From: an uncultured Gemmatimonadales bacterium
Lineage (GTDB): Bacteria; Gemmatimonadota; Gemmatimonadetes; Gemmatimonadales; GWC2-71-9
Direction: 5' to 3'
DNA length: 64,000 nt
NCBI GenBank assembly: GCA_963730185.1
Contig: CAVSQW010000009.1
Span: 288,001-352,000, forward strand
Position 1 is the stretch's first letter. Every line of letters begins with the position of its first letter. Position numbers and translations under genes: made by a program. The notes beneath the pieces are model-generated. The model saw only the letters and a list, made by a program, of their open reading frames with translations, did not search any database and was not told where the DNA came from. This document shows, piece after piece, positions 20,401 through 29,091 of this stretch.

Positions 20401-20735
20401 CGGTCGGACACGAAGGCGATCAGCTTGCCGTCGGGAGAGATCCGGGGATGGGTGTTGATCGCGATGCCGGATCCCTGGGTCAGGGCGGTGGCCTGTCCGC
20501 CGCCGATCGGCAGGCGGTAGACGTGGGCCAGCAAGTCGAACACCAGCCACTGACCGTCCGGCGCGAGATCGACCGACATCCAGGTGCCCTCGTCGGTCGT
20601 GAAGGCGATTTCGCGGGTCTGACCTCGCGGCTTGGTCACGTCCCAGGCCGGAGCCTTGGCGTCGGCCTGGGCCAGCAGTCGAGGAGCAGGCGCCACGGTG
20701 GTGGCCAGGAGCGTCAGGCTGAGGAGCGTCCGCAT
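17391..20735 (-). CDS. Secreted protein with TolB-like (PD40) beta-propeller repeats and C-terminal amidohydrolase domain
   Basis: Signal peptide; repeated SPDG motifs; TDEGTWMSVD; IIPGFIDVHSH; GAHGQ; GTLEVGKLAD. Overlaps the ATPase 3' end by 32 bp. Confidence 0.9.
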   Translation of the reverse strand: MRTLLSLTLLATTVAPAPRLLAQADAKAPAWDVTKPRGQTREIAFTTDEGTWMSVDLAPDGQWLVFDLLAHVYRLPIGGGQATALTQGSGIAINTHPRISPDGKLIAFVSDRGGQNNLWVMDADGSNPRAVFTDPNVRVSMPAWTPDGQYIVVVRQGLPVGGHPGQSGIWMYHKDGGTGVELVSSRTQRGATWPAVSRDGRYLYFQVAAGAGQPGYGGRQDFLGGSAQVRRMDLQTGDVSAVSFGEQSQQVQTSSGGMAAPEVSPDGRWLAFARRIPDGTISWKGHRFGPRTALWLRDLETGTERLAMDPIEEDVVEGGKVLRPLPGYDWSDDGRTIVISQGGKLRRLDVASGRVETIPFTAPVDRIISEQANTQTRITDDPFHVRFARWQTASPDGRRLAFQAIGRIWVMDLPNGTPRRLTPDGFEPFEYAPAWSPDGQWIAFTSWVDSVGGHLWKIRVGGGAPEQLSRAPGEYIHPAWSPDGRELVLARGAGESRHGRGVVWNPWWDLVTIPAAGGDARYVTRVTTSDDGSSGSAFNNIRNQIVRPSWGPDGRIFYPHLQVGESGVESALESIRPDGLDHRVHLTFAYADEVVPSPDGRWVAFQESDNVYVAPLPYAGTGGAPVRLDRKRGKLPATKLSTEGGLFPRWRTDRIVEFGSGDRYFSYDVTRKQADTTTIQLTVPKDIPPGTVAFTNARVVTLAGDGSTGSRRGGVVNGTLVVTGSRITCVGRCSVPRGAKVFNASGKTIIPGFIDVHSHDYREHRGIIPQHNTEGAAFLAYGVTTTMDPSMWSENLFPTGEMVDAGVLVGPRVFTTGDPLYAGDGSRQEEFTDYETAEHGIAKLKSWGAVSLKQYLQPRRDQRQWVTDIARKLGLQVTAEGNDLEYTLGMIMDGHTGWEHPLSYTPVYSDLSTFLGKAHATYSPTFMVGGPGPWNEEYWYQESEVWKDAKTRRFMPWVQFIPQSRRRMLRPETDYSYPWIAQGLADLIAAGGYGAIGAHGQHNGLGSHWEVWMAASALGPVGALEIASKHGARFIGKERDLGTLEVGKLADFMVLDANPLENIRNTKDIRYVVKNGVVYDDDTLDEVWPRQRAYGTPYWVVPDALKSDDKPIRP

Positions 20736-20784
20736 CGGAGAGACTCGCGTCGTCTGAGGTGGTGGTCGTCGCGCCCGGCGGCGT

Positions 20785-21750
20785 CTAGTGCCACTGCTGG
20801 ACGATCCGTTCGGCGATCTTCCCGAGGGTGGCCTCGAGCTCGAAGAAGTCGCCGCGATTCTGGTTGGTGAACACGGCCACGATCGTCGGCCCGCCCTGAT
20901 AGAACAGGATCCCGACGTCGTTCCCCGCGATGGGAGGCCAGTCCCCCGTCTTGTGCGCGATCTGGACCGGCTTCCACTGAAGTCGCTGCGGCAGGCGGGA
21001 GGTGTAGAACTGCCGTTTCATGATGTCGATCATCTGGTCGGCGTGGACCTGACTCGTGTACTTGCCCGTCATGATTCCTTCGAGGAGCTGCGCCATTTCC
21101 CGAGCCGTCGTCCGCCCCAGCCATCGAGTCGAATCGCCCTCGAGCTTGAAGCTCAACCCGCCCATCTCGGGCCCCGCCGGAAATCCCTTTTCGAAGACCT
21201 CGAGATCGCTCATCGACCGGTTCTTGGGATCGGCCCGGATCCAGACTTCCCGGAACAGTTCGCCCGTGGTCATCCGGAGCCGGGTCTCCTTGAAGCCGAA
21301 GCTCGCCAGCATCTGGTTCACCCGATCCTTCCCGACGGTCTTGATCATGATGTCGGTGGCCGTGTTGTCGCTGGTGATGATCATCTGCTCGATGAGATCC
21401 CGATACGTCGGGGTGAGGCCCACGTCGAAGGTCTGGAGGAGCCCGCTGCCCCGGCGCCGGTCCTCGGGCCGGATCTGGTAGCGGGTGGTCAGATCGAGCT
21501 TGCCGGCCTCGGCGTCACGAAAGGCCTGGATCATGATCGCCAGCTTGATCACGCTCAGGGTGTTCATCGGCTGGTCGGCCCGAATGGCGATGGTCCGACC
21601 ACTCGGCAGGTTCTTCGCATAGAACCCGCTCTTGGCCTGGAGGGTCCCGAGCAGGCTGTCGATCTGGTGCTCGAGAGTGCCCTGTGCGGCCAGAGACCCG
21701 GGCGCGACGAGCAGACCCACGAGCGCGAGGTGCGGGAAGCGACGAAGCAT
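20785..21750 (-). CDS. Class A beta-lactamase-related serine hydrolase (PBP-A-like)
   Basis: SVIK (SxxK), SDN and HKTG motifs; signal peptide; start placed at MLRRFPH. Confidence 0.85.
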   Translation of the reverse strand: MLRRFPHLALVGLLVAPGSLAAQGTLEHQIDSLLGTLQAKSGFYAKNLPSGRTIAIRADQPMNTLSVIKLAIMIQAFRDAEAGKLDLTTRYQIRPEDRRRGSGLLQTFDVGLTPTYRDLIEQMIITSDNTATDIMIKTVGKDRVNQMLASFGFKETRLRMTTGELFREVWIRADPKNRSMSDLEVFEKGFPAGPEMGGLSFKLEGDSTRWLGRTTAREMAQLLEGIMTGKYTSQVHADQMIDIMKRQFYTSRLPQRLQWKPVQIAHKTGDWPPIAGNDVGILFYQGGPTIVAVFTNQNRGDFFELEATLGKIAERIVQQWH

Positions 21751-21927
21751 GGCGATGTCCCGATGGGATGCGTGGCGGCACGGTGAGGCCGTGCGAGTGA
21801 GAATATCGAAAACCGTCGTTACCAAAGATCGACCCGGATCCGCCGGTCGGGAAGCCCCCGGGCGCGATTCGGCGCGGCACCCCCGGGCTCCCTATACTTC
21901 GAGCCGACCCGTCACCCGCTTCCGGCC

Positions 21928-22845
21928 ATGTTCCGCTTCTCCTACCTCGCCCTCGCCCTCGCCCTCGCTTCTCCGGCGCCTGGAGCCACCTCGGCGGCCC
22001 CCCCGCGCCCGGCCGCGGCCGACAGCATTCCGGGCACCGCGTGGACGGTGGAGGACTGGCGGGTCTTCGAGGCCAAGGTCCGCTGGGGTGTGGCGCACCA
22101 CTTGGACACCCTGCCCCTTGGCCGAGCCATCGCTCGGCTCGGTCTGACCTTCGTGGGTACCAGGTATACCCCCGGCACCCTCGACCCGCCCGGGCCGGAG
22201 CACCTCGTCGTCGACCTCCGGGAGCTCGACTGCGTGACCTTCGTCGAGAACATGCTCGCGCTGGTGCGCTTCATCCGGCACGACGGCGTCGCGGCGCTGG
22301 GCCACCCGGCGTCGGCGCGGGCTCGCTACGAACGGTATCTGACCGATCTTCGGTACCGGGGTGGTGTGTTGGGCGGCTATCCCAGCCGGCTCCACTACTT
22401 CTCCGACTGGCTGGCCGACAATGCCCGGCGGGGTCACCTGCGACTGCTCACCCGCGAGCTGGGGGGTGTGCCCGATTCCGAGCCGATCCGCTTCATGTCG
22501 GAGCACGCGAGCGCGTACCGCCAACTGGCCGATTCGGCCAACCGCCGAGCGATCGAGTCGACGGAGGCCCGGCTCGACAGCGGCCCGCGTTGGTACGTCC
22601 CGGAAGGCCGGATTCGAGCGATCGAGGATCGGATTCAGGACGGCGACGTGATCGCCGCGACCTCCACCCTGCCGGGGCTGGACGTGGCCCACACCGGGAT
22701 CGCGATCTGGCGCGAGGGGCGGCTCCATCTGCTGCACGCCCCGCTGGTCGGGAAGTCGGTGGAGCTCTCGACTCTGCCGCTCGCGGAGCGGATCGCGAAG
22801 ATCGGCTCGCAGGACGGTATCATGGTGGCCCGCCCGATCGAGTAG
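21928..22845 (+). CDS. DUF1460 / NlpC-P60-like N-acetylmuramoyl-L-alanine amidase
   Basis: GTRY..GTL, E.LVVDL.ELDCVTFVE (catalytic Cys), RLHYFSDW, LDVAHTGI (His), LHA. Confidence 0.85.
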   Translation: MFRFSYLALALALASPAPGATSAAPPRPAAADSIPGTAWTVEDWRVFEAKVRWGVAHHLDTLPLGRAIARLGLTFVGTRYTPGTLDPPGPEHLVVDLRELDCVTFVENMLALVRFIRHDGVAALGHPASARARYERYLTDLRYRGGVLGGYPSRLHYFSDWLADNARRGHLRLLTRELGGVPDSEPIRFMSEHASAYRQLADSANRRAIESTEARLDSGPRWYVPEGRIRAIEDRIQDGDVIAATSTLPGLDVAHTGIAIWREGRLHLLHAPLVGKSVELSTLPLAERIAKIGSQDGIMVARPIE

Positions 22846-22855
22846 CCCGTCCCGG

Positions 22856-24193
22856 TCAGCCGACCGTGGCGGCGCCGCGACCGGCCGCCGCGATCGCGCC
22901 GAGGGCATCCTCCGTTGCCTCCAGGAACCGATCGATCTCCGGCTCGCCCATCGGAGTCGAGAGGACGTACATCTGGCGGGTGGTTACGAACATGCCCCGG
23001 GCGAGGAGCAGCAGCTGCAGCAAGGCCTGGAGCCGCCGGCTGCCGCGGGCGGCGTCGGTGGGGTTCCGGATCGGTCCGGCGGCAAAGTGTAGTTGTGAAA
23101 CCGAGCCCGCGCCGACGATGCTGGCCTCGAGGCCGGTCCGCTCGATAATCGCGCGAACGCCGTGGCGGAGCCGGTCGCCGAGGGCGTTGAGCCGGGCGAC
23201 GGCGGGCATGTCGAAGAGCTCCATAGCGGCGAGGCCGGCGGCCATGGTGAGGGCGTTGCCGTTGTAGGTTCCCGAGTGCGAAATCGACCCGGCCCGGGTC
23301 GGGTCGAACACCGCCATCACGTCCCGCCGCCCGCCGAAGGCCCCGACCGGCAGCCCGCCACCGATGATCTTGCCAAAACAGGTCAGATCCGGCGTGATCC
23401 CATAGATCGATTGCGCGCCGCCGACCGCCAGCCGGAAGGTGATGATCTCGTCGAGGATCAGGAGGACGTCGCACTCCTCGGTCACCGCCCGGAGGCCGGT
23501 CAGGAACGGGGCGTCGGCCGGAATGGCGCCGCCGGCGCCCATCATCGGCTCGACGATCACCGCCGCCAGGCGGTCGCGGTGCCGGCGAATCAGGGCGGCG
23601 GTGTAGTCGAGGTCGTTGAACCGGCCCAGCAGCACCTCGCCCGCGGCCCCCGGGGAGATCCCGGGCCCGCCCGCCTGATACGGCGGCGCCATGGCGAAGC
23701 TCACCTGGTCGTGGGAGCCGTGGTAGCCGCCTTCCATCTTCATGATCAACGGCTTCTCGGTGAACGCCCGGGCCCCCCGAAGAGCCAGCAGCGTGGCCTC
23801 GGTCCCGGAGTTGCAGAAGCGCACTCGCTCGACCGAAGGCACCCGGGCCGTCAGCCGCTCCGCCAGCTGGATCTGCAGCAGCCCCGGACTGCCGTGGACG
23901 GTGCCGCCGGCCAGCTGGCGGGCGATCGCCCCGCTCACATAGGGGTGGTCGTGACCGTGGAGCAGCGAGGTGAAGTTGTTGAGGACGTCGAGGTACTCGT
24001 GCCCGTCGACATCCCAAACCCGGGCGCCCGCGCCGCGCTCGATGAAGAGCGGGTGGGGGGCGAAATGCGTTCCGCTCCGGGTGTCGCCGCCGGGAAGCAC
24101 GGCCTCCGCCCGCCGGTAGAGGGCGGCGGATCGAGGCGTTCGCTGCCGATACTCTGACGTGGTATCGTGCTCGAGTTGGGCGATCGACGACAT
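22856..24193 (-). CDS. Class III aminotransferase, glutamate-1-semialdehyde aminomutase-like
   Basis: NSGTEA, GGYHG, LDEIITFR, FGKIIGGGLPVGAFGG, SGTYNGN. Confidence 0.88.
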   Translation of the reverse strand: MSSIAQLEHDTTSEYRQRTPRSAALYRRAEAVLPGGDTRSGTHFAPHPLFIERGAGARVWDVDGHEYLDVLNNFTSLLHGHDHPYVSGAIARQLAGGTVHGSPGLLQIQLAERLTARVPSVERVRFCNSGTEATLLALRGARAFTEKPLIMKMEGGYHGSHDQVSFAMAPPYQAGGPGISPGAAGEVLLGRFNDLDYTAALIRRHRDRLAAVIVEPMMGAGGAIPADAPFLTGLRAVTEECDVLLILDEIITFRLAVGGAQSIYGITPDLTCFGKIIGGGLPVGAFGGRRDVMAVFDPTRAGSISHSGTYNGNALTMAAGLAAMELFDMPAVARLNALGDRLRHGVRAIIERTGLEASIVGAGSVSQLHFAAGPIRNPTDAARGSRRLQALLQLLLLARGMFVTTRQMYVLSTPMGEPEIDRFLEATEDALGAIAAAGRGAATVG

Positions 24194-24431
24194 CGGGGGC
24201 TCTCGGTGCGAGTTGCCGAACGGTACCGTTCCGACGGCGCGCCCGGTAGATCAGTCCGGGCGGCCCCTCGCCCGGGGGAGAAGCCGGATCGTGGCAGAGG
24301 CGTCGAACTCCTGACATTCAAACGACTTGGCGCATTCTGGACTGGCGTGCGGCCGGTTCCGGCGGCTATCTTTTGGGGGTTTTCGGCAGTATTTTTGAGG
24401 AGATGAAAGTGTCTCTCAACAAGGCCCGCGC

Positions 24432-25472
24432 GTGAACCAGACCGAGTCCATCCCATCCACCTGGCGGCAAGTGGTAGAGCGCTACTCGCGCCCCAGCACT
24501 CGCGCCGCCGTGGTCCAGCTCTGCAATACGATTTTGCCGCTGATCGGCATCTTCGCGCTGATGGCCTGGGCGCTTCCGATCCACTACGGCCTGGTTCTCC
24601 TGCTCTCGATTCCGGCGGCCGGTCTGCTGGTCCGGGCCTTCATCGTGATGCACGACTGTGGTCATGGCTCCTTCTTCAAGTCCCGCCGATGGAACGACAT
24701 CGTCGGCTTCGTGACCGGCGTCATGACCCTCACGCCCTACGTCTACTGGCGGCGGGAGCACGCGATCCATCACGCCAACGCCGGCAACCTCGATCACCGG
24801 GGCTGGGGTGACATCTCGACCCTGACGGTCCGCGAGTACCTGGCTCGGAGCTGGTGGGGGCGGCTCCGCTATCGCCTCTATCGGAACCCGCTGGTGCTCT
24901 TCGGCATCGGCCCGGTCTGGCTGATGGCCAAGCACCGGTTGCCGCGGCTCGACGGGAGTATGGGGTTCCGGGAGCACAAGAACGTGATGCTCACCAACCT
25001 GGTCCTGATCGGCCTCGCGCTGGTGGCCGGGTTGCTGGGGGTGCTCGACAAGGCCGCCCTAATCTTCGGGCCGTCGTTCCTGTTGGCCGGGGCGGCCGGG
25101 GTCTGGCTGTTCTACGTGCAGCATCAGTTCGAGGAGGCGTACTGGCGGCCGGGCTCCGAGTGGAGCTACGAGTTGGCGGCGCTCCAGGGCAGCACCTACC
25201 TCAAGCTGCCCAAGGTTCTCCAGTGGTTCACCGGCAATATCGGCCTACACCACATTCATCATCTGAGTCCCCGGATCCCGAACTATCGGCTCCAGCAGTG
25301 CTATGACGAGCAGCCGATGTTTCAGCGGGTTCCGACCATCACCTTGGGTCAGGGGCTCAAGACGATGTGGCTCAAGCTGTTCGATGAGGACTCGGGGCGG
25401 CTGGTGGGCTACCGTCACCTTCGGAATCTGCGGCGGGGCGGCACGACGCCGCAGGGTGCGGCCGCCGCCTAG
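24432..25472 (+). CDS. Membrane fatty acid desaturase (Bacillus Des-like)
   Basis: His boxes HDCGH, HAIHH, QHQFE, HHIHH; RIPNY; TM segments. Confidence 0.92.
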   Translation: MNQTESIPSTWRQVVERYSRPSTRAAVVQLCNTILPLIGIFALMAWALPIHYGLVLLLSIPAAGLLVRAFIVMHDCGHGSFFKSRRWNDIVGFVTGVMTLTPYVYWRREHAIHHANAGNLDHRGWGDISTLTVREYLARSWWGRLRYRLYRNPLVLFGIGPVWLMAKHRLPRLDGSMGFREHKNVMLTNLVLIGLALVAGLLGVLDKAALIFGPSFLLAGAAGVWLFYVQHQFEEAYWRPGSEWSYELAALQGSTYLKLPKVLQWFTGNIGLHHIHHLSPRIPNYRLQQCYDEQPMFQRVPTITLGQGLKTMWLKLFDEDSGRLVGYRHLRNLRRGGTTPQGAAAA

Positions 25473-25647
25473 CGGGGGAAGCGGTTCAGGAGGTTTTCGG
25501 GCCGGGATCGAGCGCCGCTCTCGATCTCGGCCTTTCCTTCGGGCAGCCGGTCGGACGGGGAGGATGATGGGCCGGGTCGCCACGGCCAGCTGCGAATCGA
25601 GGGGCCGCGAGTCCGGTGGCCGCTCAGCGATTCGCCGGAATCGTGCG

Positions 25648-25653
25648 TATAAT
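25648..25653 (+). promoter_or_regulatory. Putative sigma70 -10 element (TATAAT) for the S9 peptidase gene
   Basis: Perfect TATAAT in a GC-rich intergenic region, about 65 bp upstream of the ATG at 25719; no clear -35. Confidence 0.5.
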
Positions 25654-25718
25654 AGGGTTCAGTGAAGTCCGGCCCCCGGGCCGAGCCTTTCCGACCGCAA
25701 GCCCGAACAGAGGTTCCA

Positions 25719-28418
25719 ATGCGCCACCCCCGGTCCAGCGTCCGTCTGGCGTTCCGTGGTGTTCTCGCGTGGGCGCTCACGGCCCTTCCGCTCGCCGCGC
25801 AGCAGGCGGCTCCTCCGGACGTCGCGGCCCAGCTCGCGGCGGATCGCGCCCTGTTGGCCAAGGAGACGTACCAGGTGCCGCCGCCGGAGGTCGCCCAGCT
25901 GGTGACGGCGCCGCGATGGAAGAACGTCTCGCTCACCCGGGCGGCCCCAAACCGGCGGTATTTTCTCAAGGAACAGAGCGACGGTCTGACCGACGTGACC
26001 GCGTTCGGCAAGCCCCACTACTACTTCGCCGGGCTCCAGGTCGACTTCAAGGCCAACCGGGCGCGGAGCCTAACGACCCGGGGCGCCGCGGGGCTCGAGG
26101 TGATCGACGCCACCACGGGCAGGTCGACCACCATCACGACGCCGGCCAACGCCACGGTCTCGAGCCCGGTCTGGTCATCGGACGGCAATCAGCTGGCGTT
26201 CATCGCGAACTTCGACGACGGCTCCCAGCTCTACGTCGCCGACGTGGCCACCGGCAAGTCGCGGCAAGTCACCCGGACCCCGCTCCTGGCCACCCTGGTC
26301 ACCACGGTCGATTGGACCGCCGACGGGAAGAGCGTCATCGCCGTGCTGGTGCCCGACGGCCGAGGCCCCGAGCCCGCCAAGCCGGCGGTCGCCACCGGGC
26401 CCGAGGTCCGGCTCTGGATCGACAGCGTCAAGTCGGCGGAGCGGAACTGGGCCAGCCTGCTCGAGACGCCCTACGACGCCGAGCTCATGGAGTACTACGT
26501 CACGGGGCAGCTGGCCTTGATCGACGTCAAGTCGCGCGCGGTGCGGAAGGTCGGCACCCCGGCCATGATCCAACGGGTCGACGCCGGTCCCGAGGGGCGG
26601 TACTTCCTGGTCACCACGATGCGGACGCCCTTCTCCTACGTGGTGCCCTACGGCGACTTCGGCGAGGCGCAGGAGATCTGGGACGCGAGCGGCAAAGTCC
26701 TGGCGGAGGTGTCCCGCCATCCGACCCGAGTCGGCGACGACACCACCCGCGGTCCAGGCCGGTCGTCCAGCGATACCACCAGGCGGGACATCGCCTGGAT
26801 GCCCGCCGGCGAGGGGCTCTACTACCTGGAGCGGGCCCCGTCTCGCCGGGCCGAGAGTGACTCCACCGACGCCGACCAGGGGAACGGTCGCCCCGGACGG
26901 AACGGGGGCCGCCCGGATCGGCTGGTGCAGTGGCTTCCGCCCTTTGGTCCGTCCGACACCAAGGTGCTCTACACCCACGACGGTCCGATCTCGGATCTGG
27001 TGTTTTCCGACGACGCGACGTCGATCTTCGTCGCCTCGACCCGGAACGGCACCGGCGAGATCGTCGGGGTGAAGCTCGACGAGCCCGCCAAGAAGTACCC
27101 GATCACCCGGATGCGGGGCTACACGCCGTCCTTCACCGGCGACGGCCGTCCTTCGCGGGGCTTCTTCAACCGTCGGGGTGGCTCGCCGGCCGACTCGCTC
27201 TCGTTCTACAACGATCCGGGGGCGCTGGTCACCAAGCGGGGGACCCGGGGTGGTGGGGTGGCCCAGGTCTCGTCGGACGGCGCCGTGTTCCTCTCGGGCA
27301 CCCGCTATTCGCGGGACTGGATGGTCAACCCGCCGCGGCCGTTCGTCGACAAGGTGGTGATCCGGACCGGCGCCAAGAGCCGGATCTTCGAGGGCGCGAG
27401 CGGGCTGTCGGAGGCGGTGGGGACGCCCCTCGACGACGACTTCAGTCGGGTGATCGTGACCCGCGAGTCACCGACCACGGTGCCGAACGCCTATCTCGTC
27501 ACCACGGCGTCGGGCGCCGCCACGCAGCTGACCCAGAACGTCGACTATCAGCCCGAGTTCACCAGCGCCGTCCGGAAGAAGATGTTCGTGACCCGGCCCG
27601 ACGGGATCAAGTTCCTGGTGGACCTGACCCTGCCGGCCGACTACCGGCCCGGTACCCGGCTTCCGGCGATGCTCTGGTTCTACCCCTACGAGTTCACCGA
27701 TCAGACGAGCTACGACCGGAGCATCCGCACCGAAGACGTGAACCGGTTCCCGACCGGCAACGCCCGGACGATCGAGTATCTGGTGACGCAGGGCTACGCG
27801 GTGGCCAACTTCGACCCGCCGATCGTCGGGCCGGCCGGCCGGATGAACGACAACTACGTCTCGGACCTCCGGATGAACGTGGCGACCGTGATCGACGCCC
27901 TCGATCGGGAGGGGTACGTCGACCGGGCCCGCCTGGCGATCGGCGGGCACAGCTACGGCGCCTTCAGCACCGCCAACGCCATGGTGCACACGCCGTTCTT
28001 CAAGGCCGGCATCGCCGGCGACGGCATGTACAACCGGACGCTCACGCCGAACGGCTTCCAGTTCGAGCGGCGCGATCTCTGGAGCGGGCAGCGGGCCTAT
28101 CTCGACATGTCGCCGATGCTGGACGCCGATCACTTGCAGGGCGCCTTGCTGATGTACCACGGGATGGAGGATCAGAACGTCGGCACCACCTTGATCAGCT
28201 CGATCCGGATGATGCAGGCGCTCCGGGCCTACGGGAAAACGGCGGCGCTGTACATGTACCCGTACGAGGATCACGGTCCTGCCGCGGAGGAGACCCTGCT
28301 CGACCTCTGGTCGCGGTGGACGGCGTGGCTCGACATCTACGTCAAGCATGCCGGAGTCACGGCGCCCAAACCCGCCGCGACGACCACGGCCGGAGACAAA
28401 GCACTCCAGCCGCGTTAG
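25719..28418 (+). CDS. Secreted S9 (prolyl oligopeptidase family) peptidase, glutamyl-peptidase-like
   Basis: Signal peptide; beta-propeller region; GGHSYGAF nucleophile, YNRTLTP.GFQ.E.R, HGMEDQN, YEDHG. Confidence 0.9.
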   Translation: MRHPRSSVRLAFRGVLAWALTALPLAAQQAAPPDVAAQLAADRALLAKETYQVPPPEVAQLVTAPRWKNVSLTRAAPNRRYFLKEQSDGLTDVTAFGKPHYYFAGLQVDFKANRARSLTTRGAAGLEVIDATTGRSTTITTPANATVSSPVWSSDGNQLAFIANFDDGSQLYVADVATGKSRQVTRTPLLATLVTTVDWTADGKSVIAVLVPDGRGPEPAKPAVATGPEVRLWIDSVKSAERNWASLLETPYDAELMEYYVTGQLALIDVKSRAVRKVGTPAMIQRVDAGPEGRYFLVTTMRTPFSYVVPYGDFGEAQEIWDASGKVLAEVSRHPTRVGDDTTRGPGRSSSDTTRRDIAWMPAGEGLYYLERAPSRRAESDSTDADQGNGRPGRNGGRPDRLVQWLPPFGPSDTKVLYTHDGPISDLVFSDDATSIFVASTRNGTGEIVGVKLDEPAKKYPITRMRGYTPSFTGDGRPSRGFFNRRGGSPADSLSFYNDPGALVTKRGTRGGGVAQVSSDGAVFLSGTRYSRDWMVNPPRPFVDKVVIRTGAKSRIFEGASGLSEAVGTPLDDDFSRVIVTRESPTTVPNAYLVTTASGAATQLTQNVDYQPEFTSAVRKKMFVTRPDGIKFLVDLTLPADYRPGTRLPAMLWFYPYEFTDQTSYDRSIRTEDVNRFPTGNARTIEYLVTQGYAVANFDPPIVGPAGRMNDNYVSDLRMNVATVIDALDREGYVDRARLAIGGHSYGAFSTANAMVHTPFFKAGIAGDGMYNRTLTPNGFQFERRDLWSGQRAYLDMSPMLDADHLQGALLMYHGMEDQNVGTTLISSIRMMQALRAYGKTAALYMYPYEDHGPAAEETLLDLWSRWTAWLDIYVKHAGVTAPKPAATTTAGDKALQPR

Positions 28419-28834
28419 GTCAGGCCACCGGCCGCCGCCGAGGAGGGCGCGCTGGCCAGCCCTCGGGGAAGGCGGCTCGACGCCAGGGTGATCCACTCCC
28501 AGGCCTCGTCGACCTCGCGACGGGAGAAGAACCGACATTCGGCCCCGCAGGCCGCATGGATCGCGCGGGTCGCGACGTCCTCCCAGTCGGCATCGCCGAT
28601 CAGGACGATTCGCTCCAACCCGTCGAGGTGCTCGCCGAACTTGAGATCCTCCCAGAAAGCGTCGGGCGTGTCATAGGGGAACGTCCTGAGGTCGATCAGC
28701 ATTCGGGGGGAGCCCTGCGCGGCGACCGCCTGGCCGACGTCGTTCGCGATGGCTCGAGCCTCGCCTGGCTCGAGCGGTCCAGTGATCTCGTAACCGAGGA
28801 TGTTGTCGGTGCTGCGGGGGAGCTTGCGATACAT
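28415..28834 (-). CDS. SpoIIAA-like (STAS/SEC14) domain protein
   Basis: NILGYEITG, RMLID, AFWEDLKF, ERIVLIGD..W, RFF....DEAWEW; start at MYRKL. Confidence 0.8.
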   Translation of the reverse strand: MYRKLPRSTDNILGYEITGPLEPGEARAIANDVGQAVAAQGSPRMLIDLRTFPYDTPDAFWEDLKFGEHLDGLERIVLIGDADWEDVATRAIHAACGAECRFFSRREVDEAWEWITLASSRLPRGLASAPSSAAAGGLT

Positions 28835-29091
28835 GGGACCTCCGTCCGGGCCGGGTGACTCGGCACCTGGATGGCGGCACCCTGTCAGGGGAAGGAGCGT
28901 CGCGATCACGAAGCCAGCGGCAGTCTCGCCCGGGGTTCCGCTCCGGGAGTCGAGCACCTCGTACCCTCGGACTATACCCGGAGCGGGCGGCGGGGTAAAC
29001 CGCGATCCCTAATCCCTTGTCGGCGCGTGTCGCGCCCCCTCCGCAATTGGCGTAGGTTTGCCGGGTCCTTTCCCCAACCTCCGGCGAGCCA

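Noticed and set aside
22856..24193. hemL assignment
   Set aside because: N-terminus reads GGDTRSGTHF rather than GGVNSPVRAF, and no tetrapyrrole genes are adjacent; left as a GSA-aminomutase-like paralog.
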